DNA of 38,919 nt. It comes from Eubacteriales bacterium (GTDB lineage Bacteria; Bacillota; Clostridia; Oscillospirales; CAG-272). The translations under genes were made by a program, and so were the position numbers. The DNA lies in assembly GCA_045119135.1 (NCBI GenBank), contig JBGVCY010000130.1, positions 1-38,919 of the forward strand. The letters are read 5' to 3'. Within the stretch, counting starts at the first letter, position 1. Every line of letters starts with the position of its first letter. A model generated the notes under the pieces. The model did no database searches, was not told the DNA's origin, and saw nothing but the letters and a program-made list of their open reading frames with translations. This document shows, piece by piece, positions 1 to 10,371 of the stretch.

Positions 1-3
1 AAA

Positions 4-1056
4 ATGGATCACAAGAATTCTCATTCCGCAAGCTACGCCGCCGCAGGTGTGGATATCACCGCAGGCTACCGCGCGGTTGAATTGATGAAAAAGCACGTTG
101 CCCGCACCAAGAACGAGGGCTGTCTTGACGACGTTGGCGGCTTTGGCGGCTGCTTTGGTCTGCCGATTGCCGGTATGGAAGAGCCTGTGCTGGTTTCGGG
201 CACCGACGGCTGCGGCACCAAGGTCAAGCTTGCCATCCTGATGGATCAGCACGACACCATCGGCATCGATGCCGTGGCAATGTGTGTCAACGACATCATC
301 TGCGTGGGTGCAAAGCCCCTTTTCTTCCTCGACTACATCGCGTGCGGCAAGAACGTACCCGAAAAGATCGCCGCAATCGTTGGCGGCGTTGCCGAGGGCT
401 GTGTGCAGTCTGGCGCGGCGCTGATCGGTGGCGAGACCGCCGAGCACCCCGGTCTGATGCCCGTAGAGGATTACGACCTTGCAGGCTTTGCCGTAGGCAT
501 TGTGGACAAGAAGAAGATCCTTGACAAAACCAAAATGTCCGAGGGCGACGTGGTGATCGCGCTCCCCTCGACGGGCATCCACTCCAACGGCTTCTCGCTT
601 TGCCGCAAGGTGTTTGATATCGACAGCAATCCCCCCTCTCTTTACGTAGCACGCGAGGAGCTGGGCGGCAAGTCGGTGGCAGAAGCACTGCTGACCCCCA
701 CCCGCATTTACGTCAAGCCCGTGCTGGCGCTGCTGGAAAAGGTCAACGTCAAGGGCATCAGCCACATCACGGGCGGCGGCTTTTATGAGAACATCCCGCG
801 CTCGATCCCCGAAGGGCTTACCGCCAAGATCGACAAGTCCGCTGTGCGCGTACTGCCCATCTTTGATCTGATCGCCAAGGAAGGCAACATTCCCGAGCGC
901 GATATGTTCAACACCTACAATATGGGCGTTGGTATGAGCATTGTCGTTCCCGCCGCCGAGGTTGACACCGCACTTGAGGTGCTTGCCGCAAACGGTCAGG
1001 ATGCTTACGTGATCGGTGAGATCGTGAAGGGCGACGAGGGTGTGATCCTATGCTGA
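4..1056 (+). CDS. purM: Phosphoribosylformylglycinamidine cyclo-ligase (AIR synthetase)
   Basis: 350-aa ORF with PurM-like SYAAAGVDI N-terminus and SGTDGCGTKVKLA motif. First gene of a tightly packed pur block. The ATG at 4 is 3 nt from the window edge, so the RBS and any upstream start cannot be seen. Confidence 0.9.
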   Translation: MDHKNSHSASYAAAGVDITAGYRAVELMKKHVARTKNEGCLDDVGGFGGCFGLPIAGMEEPVLVSGTDGCGTKVKLAILMDQHDTIGIDAVAMCVNDIICVGAKPLFFLDYIACGKNVPEKIAAIVGGVAEGCVQSGAALIGGETAEHPGLMPVEDYDLAGFAVGIVDKKKILDKTKMSEGDVVIALPSTGIHSNGFSLCRKVFDIDSNPPSLYVAREELGGKSVAEALLTPTRIYVKPVLALLEKVNVKGISHITGGGFYENIPRSIPEGLTAKIDKSAVRVLPIFDLIAKEGNIPERDMFNTYNMGVGMSIVVPAAEVDTALEVLAANGQDAYVIGEIVKGDEGVILC

Positions 1057-1661
1057 AAAAGCAACGTATCGCCGTTCTCGTATCGGGGGGCGGCACCAAT
1101 TTGCAGGCACTGATCGATGCGCAAAACGCGGGCAATCTGCCCGACGGCGAGATCGTGCTGGTGGTATCGAACAAGGAGGGCGCCTTCGCCCTTCAGCGCG
1201 CGGCAAAGGCGGGGATCAAATCCGCCGTACTGACCCGCGCCGCGCTTGGCTCTGCCGAGGCGTTTGAAAACGCCCTGATGGCACTGCTTGCCGATTGGAA
1301 GATCGATATTGTGGTGCTGGCAGGCTTTCTTGCCATTCTCAGTGAGCGCTTCACCCGCGCATACGAAAAGCGCATCATCAACGTGCATCCCTCGCTGATC
1401 CCTGCCTTCTGCGGCAAGGGCTATTACGGTCTCGCGGTGCACGAGGCGGCGCTCGCTTACGGCGTCAAGGTGACGGGCGCTACCGTTCACTTCGTCAACG
1501 AGATCCCCGACGGCGGCGAGATCATCGCACAAAAGGCAGTCGAGATCCGCGAGGGCGACACCCCCGAGGTGCTGCAGCGCCGCGTGATGGAAGAGGCAGA
1601 ATGGATCCTGCTTCCCGCCGCGGTGGAACAGGTCTGCAAACAGAGAAATCAAGGAGAATAA
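1050..1661 (+). CDS. purN: Phosphoribosylglycinamide formyltransferase
   Basis: 203-aa ORF with RIAVLVSGGGTNLQALID and NVHPSLIP motifs typical of PurN. Its start overlaps the purM stop (ATGCTGA), suggesting translational coupling. Confidence 0.9.
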   Translation: MLKKQRIAVLVSGGGTNLQALIDAQNAGNLPDGEIVLVVSNKEGAFALQRAAKAGIKSAVLTRAALGSAEAFENALMALLADWKIDIVVLAGFLAILSERFTRAYEKRIINVHPSLIPAFCGKGYYGLAVHEAALAYGVKVTGATVHFVNEIPDGGEIIAQKAVEIREGDTPEVLQRRVMEEAEWILLPAAVEQVCKQRNQGE

Positions 1662-1665
1662 CACG

Positions 1666-2385
1666 ATGAATATATACGAAACCCCGTCGATTGCCGCACG
1701 CATCCAGGGCAACCCTTACGTGGGCCGCGGCATTGTGATCGGCAAGACTGCCGACGGCACGCGTGCCGTTGCCGCCTACTTCATTATGGGTCGCTCGAAA
1801 AACAGCCGCAACCGCGTGTTTGTTGAGCGCGACGATGCACTGTTCACCGAGCCCTTTGACCCCTCGCTGGTCGAGGATCCCTCGCTTATCATCTACGCCG
1901 CCATCCGCCGCCACGAGAACAAGCTGGTGGTCACCAACGGCGACCAGACCGACACGGTCTGGGAGTTTCTGAAGAAGGGCGGCTCGTTCGAAGAGGCGCT
2001 GGAGACCCGCGAGTTTGAGCCCGATGCGCCGAATCTGACCCCCCGCATCAGCGGTATGCTGACCTTTGGTAAGGGCGACTTTACTTATAAGATGAGCATC
2101 CTCAAATCCGCCGATGCCAAGGGCTCTGCGTGCAACCGCTATACCTATTCGTACGCGCCGCTCTCGGGCGTGGGTCATTTCATCCACACCTACGTCACCG
2201 ACGGCAATCCCATTCCGACCTTCCAGGGCGAGCCCGAGCGCATTGCCATCGGCAACGATATCGATGCCTTTACCGCGGAGCTGTGGGAGAACCTGAACGA
2301 CGAAAACAAGATCGCGCTGACCGTTCGCTTTATCGACCTTGCCACGGGCAAGGAGGAAAAGCGCCTCATCAACAAAAACAAATAA
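1666..2385 (+). CDS. purO: IMP cyclohydrolase, PurO-like (archaeal type)
   Basis: 239-aa ORF with NPYVGRGIVIGK and YFIMGRSKNSRNR motifs, as I recall them for the stand-alone IMP cyclohydrolase family. AAGGAG RBS lies 9 nt upstream. It sits immediately before an AICARFT-only purH. Confidence 0.75.
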   Translation: MNIYETPSIAARIQGNPYVGRGIVIGKTADGTRAVAAYFIMGRSKNSRNRVFVERDDALFTEPFDPSLVEDPSLIIYAAIRRHENKLVVTNGDQTDTVWEFLKKGGSFEEALETREFEPDAPNLTPRISGMLTFGKGDFTYKMSILKSADAKGSACNRYTYSYAPLSGVGHFIHTYVTDGNPIPTFQGEPERIAIGNDIDAFTAELWENLNDENKIALTVRFIDLATGKEEKRLINKNK

Positions 2386-2430
2386 ACTCGCAAATCACAC
2401 AAGCGCCCCGCGCTGTAAGGAGAATCCCAA

Positions 2431-3615
2431 ATGAATGAATTTGAACTGAAATACGGTTGTAACCCCAACCAAAAGCCCTCTCGCATCTATATGCACGACG
2501 GCTCGGAGCTTCCCATCCGCATTCTGTCGGGTCGCCCCGGATACATCAATTTTCTTGACGCCTTCAACAGCTGGCAGCTGGTGAAGGAGCTGAAGGCGGC
2601 GCTGGGTCTGCCCGCCGTAACCTCGTTCAAGCACGTCAGCCCCACCTCGGCGGCTGTCGGTCTGCCCCTGTCGGACAAGCTGAAAAAGGCTTGCTTCGTT
2701 GACGATATCGAGGGGCTTGACGATTCCCCCCTTGCGTGCGCTTACGCACGTGCGCGCGGCACCGACCGTATGTGCTCGTTCGGTGACTGGGTGGCGCTTT
2801 CCGACGTCTGCGACGTCGCCACCGCGAGCCTGATCAAGCGCGAGGTCTCGGACGGCATCATCGCCCCCGGCTATGAGCCCGAGGCGTTGGAAATTCTCAA
2901 GACCAAGAAAAAGGGCAACTATAACATCATCGAGATCGACCCCGATTTCGTGCCCGATCCCATCGAGCGCAAGCAGGTGTTCGGCATCACCTTTGAGCAG
3001 GGCCGCAACAACTTCCGCATCAGCGAGGAGCTGCTTGAAAATCTTGTCACCGCCAACAAGGATCTGCCCGACAGCGCCAAGCGCGACCTGATCGTTGCAC
3101 TGATCACCCTGAAATATACCCAATCCAACTCGGTCTGCTTTGCCGTTGACGGTCAGGCAATCGGCGTGGGCGCGGGTCAGCAGTCGCGCGTGCATTGCAC
3201 CCGTCTTGCAGGCAGCAAGGCAGATACCTGGTTCCTGCGCCAGCACGACAAGGTGCTGTCCCTTCCCTTCCGCGAGGGGCTTGGCAGACCCGACCGCGAC
3301 AACGTGATCGACGGTTACATCAACCGCAACGAGGAGGACGTGTGCGCCGAGGGCAATTGGCAGAAATACTTTACCACCCGCCCCGAGCCGCTTTCGGACA
3401 AGGAGATCGCCGATTACCTTGCCACCATCGATGGTGTGGCGCTGGGCTCGGATGCCTTCTTCCCCTTCAGCGACAACATTGAGCGCGCCAAGAAAAGCGG
3501 CGTGAAGTATATCGCACAGCCCGGCGGCTCGATCCGCGACGATCTGGTGATCGAATGCTGTGACAAATACGGTATGGTGATGGCGTTTACCGGTATGCGC
3601 CTGTTCCACCATTGA
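2431..3615 (+). CDS. purH: AICAR formyltransferase (PurH C-terminal domain only, no MGS-like IMP cyclohydrolase domain)
   Basis: 394-aa ORF starting with LKYGCNPNQ (compare LRYGENPHQ of PurH) and ending with the PurH-type FTGMRLFHH. It is about 130 aa shorter than bifunctional PurH. AAGGAG RBS present. Confidence 0.85.
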   Translation: MNEFELKYGCNPNQKPSRIYMHDGSELPIRILSGRPGYINFLDAFNSWQLVKELKAALGLPAVTSFKHVSPTSAAVGLPLSDKLKKACFVDDIEGLDDSPLACAYARARGTDRMCSFGDWVALSDVCDVATASLIKREVSDGIIAPGYEPEALEILKTKKKGNYNIIEIDPDFVPDPIERKQVFGITFEQGRNNFRISEELLENLVTANKDLPDSAKRDLIVALITLKYTQSNSVCFAVDGQAIGVGAGQQSRVHCTRLAGSKADTWFLRQHDKVLSLPFREGLGRPDRDNVIDGYINRNEEDVCAEGNWQKYFTTRPEPLSDKEIADYLATIDGVALGSDAFFPFSDNIERAKKSGVKYIAQPGGSIRDDLVIECCDKYGMVMAFTGMRLFHH

Positions 3616-3631
3616 TAACGAGGTGACAGAT

Positions 3632-4897
3632 ATGAAAATTCTGGTTGTAGGCGGTGGCGGCCGCGAGCACGCCATCATCAAAAAGCTGAAGGAAAACAAG
3701 GAGATTGAAACCATCTACGCCCTGCCCGGAAACGGCGGCATTGCCGCCGATGCCGAGTGCTACCCCATCAAGGCAAACGATATCGAGGGCATCGTGGCGT
3801 TCGCCGCCGCGCATCCCGTCGATTTTGCTGTGGTCGCACCCGACGATCCGCTGGTGCTGGGCTGTGTGGACCGCCTTGAGGCAATGGGCATTCCCTGCTT
3901 CGGCCCGCACGCAAACGCCGCCATTATCGAAGGCAGCAAGGTCTTTTCCAAGAATCTGATGAAAAAATACGGCATTCCCACTGCCGCCAGCGAAACCTTT
4001 GAGGATCCCGACAAGGCGATCGCTTATCTTGCGGGCGTCGATTACCCCACGGTGATCAAGGCGGACGGCCTGGCGCTTGGCAAGGGCGTGGTGATTGCAC
4101 AGAGCTTTGACGAAGCGAAGACCGCCATTCACGAAATGATGTGCGACAAGTGCTTTGGTGAAAGCGGCAGCCGCGTGCTGGTTGAGGAATTCCTCACCGG
4201 CCCCGAGGTATCCGTCCTTTCCTTTACCGACGGCAAGGTTGTCGTGCCGATGGTCTCTTCGATGGACCACAAGCGCGCGCTGGATAACGACCGGGGCCTC
4301 AATACCGGCGGTATGGGCACGGTTGCCCCCAACCCCTATTACACCCCCGCTGTGGCGGAGCAGTGTATGAAGGAGATCTTCCTGCCCACCGTCGCGGCAA
4401 TGAACGCCGAGGGCCGCACCTTCAAGGGCTGCCTTTACTTTGGTCTGATGCTGACCCCCAAGGGTCCCCGCGTGATCGAATACAACTGCCGCTTCGGCGA
4501 TCCCGAAACGCAGGTGGTTCTGCCCCTCTTGGAAAGCGACCTTTACACGGTGATGAAGGCGGTGCACGACGGCACGCTGGCAGACACCGAGGTCAAGTTC
4601 TCCGAGGGCGCGGCTTGCTGCGTGGTGCTGGCATCGAACGGCTACCCCAAGAAGTACGAATCGGGCTTCCCGATGACTCTGCCCGAAACGGGCGCGGGTG
4701 AGTACCTGTTTGTGGCAGGTGCCAAGAAGGATGGCGACACGGTGCTGACCGCAGGCGGCCGCGTGCTGGGCGCCACCGCCACCGCACAGGATCTTGCCAC
4801 TGCCGTAGAGCGCGCTTACTGCCTCGCGGGCAAGGTGCATTTTGAAAACGCCTATTACAGAAAAGACATCGGCAAGCGCGCGCTTGCCGCAAAATAA
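3632..4897 (+). CDS. purD: Phosphoribosylamine-glycine ligase
   Basis: MKILVVGGGGREHA N-terminus and ATP-grasp body. The track ORF starts at GTG 3623, but ATG 3632 has a GAGG RBS 8-9 nt upstream and gives the canonical N-terminus. Confidence 0.9.
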   Translation: MKILVVGGGGREHAIIKKLKENKEIETIYALPGNGGIAADAECYPIKANDIEGIVAFAAAHPVDFAVVAPDDPLVLGCVDRLEAMGIPCFGPHANAAIIEGSKVFSKNLMKKYGIPTAASETFEDPDKAIAYLAGVDYPTVIKADGLALGKGVVIAQSFDEAKTAIHEMMCDKCFGESGSRVLVEEFLTGPEVSVLSFTDGKVVVPMVSSMDHKRALDNDRGLNTGGMGTVAPNPYYTPAVAEQCMKEIFLPTVAAMNAEGRTFKGCLYFGLMLTPKGPRVIEYNCRFGDPETQVVLPLLESDLYTVMKAVHDGTLADTEVKFSEGAACCVVLASNGYPKKYESGFPMTLPETGAGEYLFVAGAKKDGDTVLTAGGRVLGATATAQDLATAVERAYCLAGKVHFENAYYRKDIGKRALAAK

Positions 4898-4911
4898 GGG
4901 GATATTGCTTT

Positions 4912-7900
4912 ATGGTTTATCGAATTTTTGTTGAAAAGAAGCCGGGCTTTGATCACGAGGCATCGGCGCTTCTGCGCGAGGCAGCCGAGCTGCTTGAGAT
5001 CCGCGGTCTTGAAAAGATCCGCGTCTTCAACCGCTATGACGTCGAGGGCATCGACCGCGCGCTGTTTTTGCAGGCGGTCAACACCGTATTCTCCGAGCCC
5101 CAGCTGGATAACGCCGCCGAGGAAATTGACCTTACGGGCGCGATCACCTTTGCTGTCGAGTATCTGCCCGGTCAGTTCGACCAGCGCGCCGACTCCGCCG
5201 CACAGTGCATTCAGCTGATCTCGCAGGGCGACCGCCCCACGGTGCGCACCGCGAAGATCTATGCCGTTTACGGCAACGTGAGCGACGCTGACATCGCGGC
5301 GCTGAAGAAGTTCCTCATTAACCCCGTGGAAAGCCGCGAGGCAAGCGAGGAAGCGGTCGAAACGCTTGCCGTTGATTACCCCGTTCCCGCAGATGTTGCC
5401 ACCGTTGACGGCTTCCTTACGCTGGACCGCGCAGGTCTTGCCGACCTTGTCAAAACGCTCGGGCTTGCCATGGACATTGACGACATCGCCTTCTGCCAGG
5501 AATACTTTAAAAAGGAAGGCCGCGTGCCCACCATCACCGAGATCCGTATGATCGATACCTATTGGTCGGATCACTGCCGTCACACCACGTTCCTCACCAC
5601 CATTGACGAGGTGAAGTTCGAGGACGACCTTCTGCAGCGCGCGTATGACGATTACCTTGCCACCCGCAAGGCACTTGGCCGCACCAAGCCCATCAATCTG
5701 ATGGACATCGGCACGCTGGCAGCCAAGTATCTGCGCAAGGTCGGAAAGCTGGATAAGCTGGACGAGAGCGAGGAGATCAACGCCTGCACCGTGAAGATCA
5801 AGGTCACGGTCGACGGCAAGGACGAGGATTGGCTCTTGCTCTTTAAAAACGAAACCCACAACCACCCCACCGAGATCGAGCCCTTTGGCGGTGCCGCCAC
5901 CTGTATCGGCGGCGCGATCCGCGACCCGCTGTCGGGACGTAGCTACGTTTACGCCGCGATGCGTGTCACCGGTGCGGCAGATCCCCTTGTGCCCGTAAAG
6001 GACACCATGCCCGGCAAATTGCCCCAGCGCAAGATCGTTACCACTGCCGCCGCAGGCTACTCCTCTTACGGCAACCAGATCGGTCTTGCCACGGGTCAGG
6101 TTGACGAGATCTATCACCCCGGCTACGTTGCCAAGCGTATGGAGATCGGCGCCGTGATCGCCGCCGCCCCTGCCGAGAACGTACGCCGCGAATGCCCTGC
6201 CCCCGGCGACCTTGTGGTACTGCTGGGCGGTCGCACGGGCCGTGACGGCTGTGGCGGTGCCACCGGCTCGTCGAAATCCCACACCGCAGAATCGCTCACC
6301 GCGTGCGGTGCCGAGGTGCAGAAGGGTAACGCACCCGAGGAGCGCAAGCTCCAGCGCCTGTTCCGCAACGGCGAGGCAACGCGCCTGATTAAGCGCTGCA
6401 ACGACTTTGGCGCAGGCGGCGTTTCGGTTGCCATCGGCGAGCTTGCCGACGGTCTGACCATTCACCTTGATAAGGTACCGAAAAAATACGACGGCCTTGA
6501 CGGCACCGAGCTTGCCATCTCCGAATCGCAGGAGCGTATGGCTGTGGTGGTTGCCGCCGCTGACGTGCCGAGATTTTTGGAGCTGGCGGCATCCGAGAAC
6601 CTGGAGGCAACCGTGGTTGCCGAGGTGACCGAGGAGCCCAGACTTACCATGTTCTGGCGCGGCAAGGCGATCGTTGATATCTCGCGCGAATTCCTGAACT
6701 CCAACGGTGCAGAAAAGCACATCAAGGTTGCTCCCGCCAAGGTGGGCGACTGGAAAAAAGCACCCGTTGCCGACTTTGCTCAGGGCTATCGCGCCTTGGC
6801 AGGCGATCTCAACGTCTGCTCGCGCCGCGGTCTTTCCGAGCGCTTTGACTCCACCATCGGTGCCGGCACCGTGCTGATGCCCTTCGGCGGCAAGCACCAG
6901 ATGACCCCGCCGCAGTCGATGGTACATCTGGTATCCGTTGAAAAGGGTCACACCGATACCGTGTCGTATATGGCGTGGGGCGGTAACCCCTATGTGCTGG
7001 AAAAGAGCCCCTTCCACGGCGCTTACCTTGCCGTGGTGGAAAGCGTTTCCCGCCTGATCGCGACCGGCGCTCCCTTCCGCGACGTATACCTGACCTTCCA
7101 GGAATACTTCCTCAAGCCCCGCCAGGATGCGGCGCGCTGGGGTCAGCCCTTGGCGGCACTTCTCGGCGCCTTCCGCGCACAGCTGGATCTTGGCTGTGCC
7201 GCCATCGGCGGTAAGGACTCGATGAGTGGCTCGTTCGAAAATATCGACGTGCCCCCCACGCTTGTCTCCTTTGCGGTTACCACGGGCAAGGTCAATGAGG
7301 TGACATCCCCTGAATTCAAGGCGGCAGGTCACCGCGTGGTGCTGCTTGCTCCCGAAACCGACAAGGACGGACTCCCCGTTGCCGAATCGCTGATCGCAAA
7401 CTACAAGCTCGTACACGAGCTGCTCACCTCGGGCAAGGCAGTCAGTGCCTTTACGCCCGGCTTTGGCGGCGTTGCCGAGGGTGTGCTGAAAATGACCCTT
7501 GGTAACAAAATCGGCTTTGCGTATGACGAATCCGTGACCAACGACGATATCTTTGGCTACCATTACGGTGCCTTCCTTCTGGAAATGGCAGACGACACTG
7601 CCGTTGGCACGCTGCTGGGCGAAACGGTTGCCGCATACACCCTCTCGCGTGGCAATGTGGTCCTCTCGCTTGACGAGCTGCAAAAGATCTATGAGGATAA
7701 GCTGGAAAGCGTATATCCCACCGAAACCGGTAAAGCATATGAAAAGCCCCCCGTATTCAACCACGAGGGCAAGGGCGCGAAGGCTCCCGCCGTCAAGTGC
7801 GCAAAGCCCACCGTTCTGATTCCCGTATTCCCCGGCACCAACTGCGAATTTGATACCGCCAAGGTATTTATGGATGCAGGCGCCAATGCCGATATTTTCG

Positions 7901-8601
7901 TCATTCGCAACACCTCCTCCGATGCGGTTGCCCGCTCGGTTGAGGAATTCGCCGCCAAGGCAGCCAAATCCCAGATCATCTTCGTGCCCGGCGGCTTCTC
8001 GGGCGGTGACGAGCCCGATGGCTCGGGCAAGTTCATTACGGCGTTCTTCCGCAACGCCGCTGTCAAGACCGAGGTCGAAGCCCTGCTTCAGCAGCGTGAC
8101 GGTCTGATGGGCGGTATCTGCAACGGCTTCCAGGCGCTGATCAAGCTGGGCCTTGTGCCCTATGGCAAGATCATCGATACCGATGCCACCTGCCCCACCC
8201 TTTCCTATAACGACATTTCGCGCCACCAATCCCGCATCGTGCGTGTCCGCGTGGCATCGAATCAGTCGCCCTGGCTTTCGGGCGTGAACGTGGGTGACGT
8301 TTACAACGTTGCCATCTCGCACGGCGAGGGCAAGTTCATCGCAGACGACGCGCTGGTAGCAAAGCTCGCGGCAAACGGTCAGATCATGACGCAGTACGTC
8401 GATCTTGACGGCGCGCCCACCATGGACACCCGCTTCAACCCCAACGGCTCTGCCGCCGCCATCGAGGGTATCCTCTCCCCCGACGGCCGTGTGTTCGGCA
8501 AGATGGGTCATACCGAGCGCTATGCAAACGGTCTTTACCAGAACGTGCCCGGCAACTTCGAAATGCCCCTGTTTGCCTCGGCAGTCAAATACTTCAAATA
8601 A
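4912..8601 (+). CDS. purL: Phosphoribosylformylglycinamidine synthase, single-chain large form (fused PurS/PurL/PurQ-like)
   Basis: 1229-aa ORF. It has an AIR-synthase-like FGAM synthetase core and a C-terminal glutamine amidotransferase region (GICNGFQ with catalytic Cys, HGEG). RBS AAGGGGA upstream. Confidence 0.9.
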   Translation: MVYRIFVEKKPGFDHEASALLREAAELLEIRGLEKIRVFNRYDVEGIDRALFLQAVNTVFSEPQLDNAAEEIDLTGAITFAVEYLPGQFDQRADSAAQCIQLISQGDRPTVRTAKIYAVYGNVSDADIAALKKFLINPVESREASEEAVETLAVDYPVPADVATVDGFLTLDRAGLADLVKTLGLAMDIDDIAFCQEYFKKEGRVPTITEIRMIDTYWSDHCRHTTFLTTIDEVKFEDDLLQRAYDDYLATRKALGRTKPINLMDIGTLAAKYLRKVGKLDKLDESEEINACTVKIKVTVDGKDEDWLLLFKNETHNHPTEIEPFGGAATCIGGAIRDPLSGRSYVYAAMRVTGAADPLVPVKDTMPGKLPQRKIVTTAAAGYSSYGNQIGLATGQVDEIYHPGYVAKRMEIGAVIAAAPAENVRRECPAPGDLVVLLGGRTGRDGCGGATGSSKSHTAESLTACGAEVQKGNAPEERKLQRLFRNGEATRLIKRCNDFGAGGVSVAIGELADGLTIHLDKVPKKYDGLDGTELAISESQERMAVVVAAADVPRFLELAASENLEATVVAEVTEEPRLTMFWRGKAIVDISREFLNSNGAEKHIKVAPAKVGDWKKAPVADFAQGYRALAGDLNVCSRRGLSERFDSTIGAGTVLMPFGGKHQMTPPQSMVHLVSVEKGHTDTVSYMAWGGNPYVLEKSPFHGAYLAVVESVSRLIATGAPFRDVYLTFQEYFLKPRQDAARWGQPLAALLGAFRAQLDLGCAAIGGKDSMSGSFENIDVPPTLVSFAVTTGKVNEVTSPEFKAAGHRVVLLAPETDKDGLPVAESLIANYKLVHELLTSGKAVSAFTPGFGGVAEGVLKMTLGNKIGFAYDESVTNDDIFGYHYGAFLLEMADDTAVGTLLGETVAAYTLSRGNVVLSLDELQKIYEDKLESVYPTETGKAYEKPPVFNHEGKGAKAPAVKCAKPTVLIPVFPGTNCEFDTAKVFMDAGANADIFVIRNTSSDAVARSVEEFAAKAAKSQIIFVPGGFSGGDEPDGSGKFITAFFRNAAVKTEVEALLQQRDGLMGGICNGFQALIKLGLVPYGKIIDTDATCPTLSYNDISRHQSRIVRVRVASNQSPWLSGVNVGDVYNVAISHGEGKFIADDALVAKLAANGQIMTQYVDLDGAPTMDTRFNPNGSAAAIEGILSPDGRVFGKMGHTERYANGLYQNVPGNFEMPLFASAVKYFK

Positions 8602-8619
8602 TATAAAAGGAGCCCGACT

Positions 8620-10293
8620 ATGGCTTATTTAACCGACATTGAGATCGCCCAATCCGCCAAGATGCAGCCGATCACCGCGATTGCGGCGGTGGCAGGCGTG
8701 GGCGAGGAATTTATCGAGCAATACGGCAAATATAAAGCAAAGGTCGATCCCGCACTGCTGAAAGCAAGCGACCGCAAGGACGGCAAGCTGATTCTTGTGA
8801 CCGCCATCACCCCCACCCCCGCGGGCGAGGGAAAAACCACCACCACCATCGGACTTGCCGACGGCCTGCGCCGCATCGGCAAGTCGGCGGCGGTCGCACT
8901 GCGTGAGCCGTCTCTTGGCCCCGTGTTCGGCGTCAAGGGCGGCGCCGCGGGCGGCGGTTATGCACAGGTCGTGCCGATGGAGGATATCAACCTGCACTTT
9001 ACGGGCGATTTCCACGCCATCGGTGCCGCAAACAACCTGCTGGCGGCAATGCTTGACAACCACATTTATCAGGGCAATGCGCTGAATATCGACCCCCGCC
9101 GCATCACCTGGCGCCGTTGCGTTGATATGAACGACAGACAATTGCGCTTTGTCACCGACGGCCTTGGCGGTCGTGTCAACGGCGTGCCCCGCGAGGATGG
9201 CTTTGATATCACCGTGGCATCCGAGATCATGGCAGTGTTCTGCCTGGCATCCTCGATGACCGACCTCAAGGAGCGCCTTTCCCGTATCGTTGTGGCATAT
9301 ACCTATGACGAAAAGCCCGTAACGGCGGGCGATCTCGGCGCCGTTGGCGCCATTGCGGCGCTCCTGAAGGATGCCATCAAGCCCAACCTGGTACAGACCC
9401 TTGAGGGCACACCCGCCTTTGTACACGGCGGTCCCTTTGCCAACATCGCACACGGCTGTAACTCGGTTATGGCAACCCGTATGGCAATGAAATTTGCCGA
9501 CTATGCCGTCACCGAGGCAGGCTTTGGCGCTGACCTGGGTGCCGAAAAGTTCCTGGATATCAAGTGCCGCGCAACCGGTCTTCGCCCCGATGCCGTGGTG
9601 ATCGTGGCAACCGTGCGCGCCCTGAAGATGCACGGCGGCGTACCCAAAACCGAGCTTGGCGGCGAGAATCTTGCCGCACTGGAAAAGGGTCTGCCCAATC
9701 TGTTGCGCCACGTTTCAAACATCAAAAACGTATACCGTCTGCCCGCTGTGGTGGCAGTCAACCGCTTCCCCACCGACACCGATGCCGAGATCGCGCTGGT
9801 CATTGAGAAATGCAAAGCGCTTGGCGTGAACGTGGTGCTTTCTACCGTTTGGGCGGAGGGCGGCAAGGGCGGCATGGCGCTGGCGGAAGAGGTGGTGCGC
9901 CTTTGTGACACCGAAAACGGCTTTACGTATGCCTATGATACCGACCTTTCGATCGTGGAGAAGGTGGAGACCATCGTCAAGCGCATTTACGGCGGCAACG
10001 GTGTGACTTTCACCCCCCAGGCAATGAAGCAGGTCGCGACCCTCTCGTCGCTTGGCTTTGACAAGCTGCCCGTTTGTATGGCGAAAACGCAGTACAGCTT
10101 TTCCGACGATGCCACCAAGATCGGCGCACCCGAGGGCTTTACCGTGACGGTACGTCAGGTCAAGGTCTCGGCAGGTGCAGGCTTCGTGGTGGTTCAGACC
10201 GGTGACATTATGACCATGCCGGGTCTGCCCAAATCCCCCGCGGCGCTCCGTATCGACGTCGACGAGAACGGCAAGATCTCGGGCTTGTTCTAA
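8620..10293 (+). CDS. fhs: Formate-tetrahydrofolate ligase
   Basis: 557-aa ORF with SDIEIAQ-like N-terminus ([10 protein letters not shown]) and [16 protein letters not shown]-loop typical of Fhs. AAGGAG RBS present. Last gene before a strong terminator. Confidence 0.92.
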   Translation: MAYLTDIEIAQSAKMQPITAIAAVAGVGEEFIEQYGKYKAKVDPALLKASDRKDGKLILVTAITPTPAGEGKTTTTIGLADGLRRIGKSAAVALREPSLGPVFGVKGGAAGGGYAQVVPMEDINLHFTGDFHAIGAANNLLAAMLDNHIYQGNALNIDPRRITWRRCVDMNDRQLRFVTDGLGGRVNGVPREDGFDITVASEIMAVFCLASSMTDLKERLSRIVVAYTYDEKPVTAGDLGAVGAIAALLKDAIKPNLVQTLEGTPAFVHGGPFANIAHGCNSVMATRMAMKFADYAVTEAGFGADLGAEKFLDIKCRATGLRPDAVVIVATVRALKMHGGVPKTELGGENLAALEKGLPNLLRHVSNIKNVYRLPAVVAVNRFPTDTDAEIALVIEKCKALGVNVVLSTVWAEGGKGGMALAEEVVRLCDTENGFTYAYDTDLSIVEKVETIVKRIYGGNGVTFTPQAMKQVATLSSLGFDKLPVCMAKTQYSFSDDATKIGAPEGFTVTVRQVKVSAGAGFVVVQTGDIMTMPGLPKSPAALRIDVDENGKISGLF

Positions 10294-10300
10294 CAAAAAA

Positions 10301-10333
10301 GAAAACCTCTCGCACGAGAGGTTTTCTTTTTTT
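10301..10333 (+). terminator. Intrinsic terminator of the pur-fhs operon
   Basis: GAAAACCTCTCG (10301-10312) pairs with CGAGAGGTTTTC (10315-10326) and is followed by T7 (10327-10333). Confidence 0.85.
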
Positions 10334-10371
10334 GCTGCAAGCATTTCCGCACCATACAACCCGCACAAGAA

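Noticed and set aside
4855-8511. 1218-aa ORF on the minus strand spanning purL
   Set aside because: It lies exactly antisense to a gene with strong family motifs. Its product is low-complexity and Ala/Gly/Arg/Val/Leu-rich, with no RBS or recognisable motifs. This is a typical shadow ORF of a GC3-rich coding strand.
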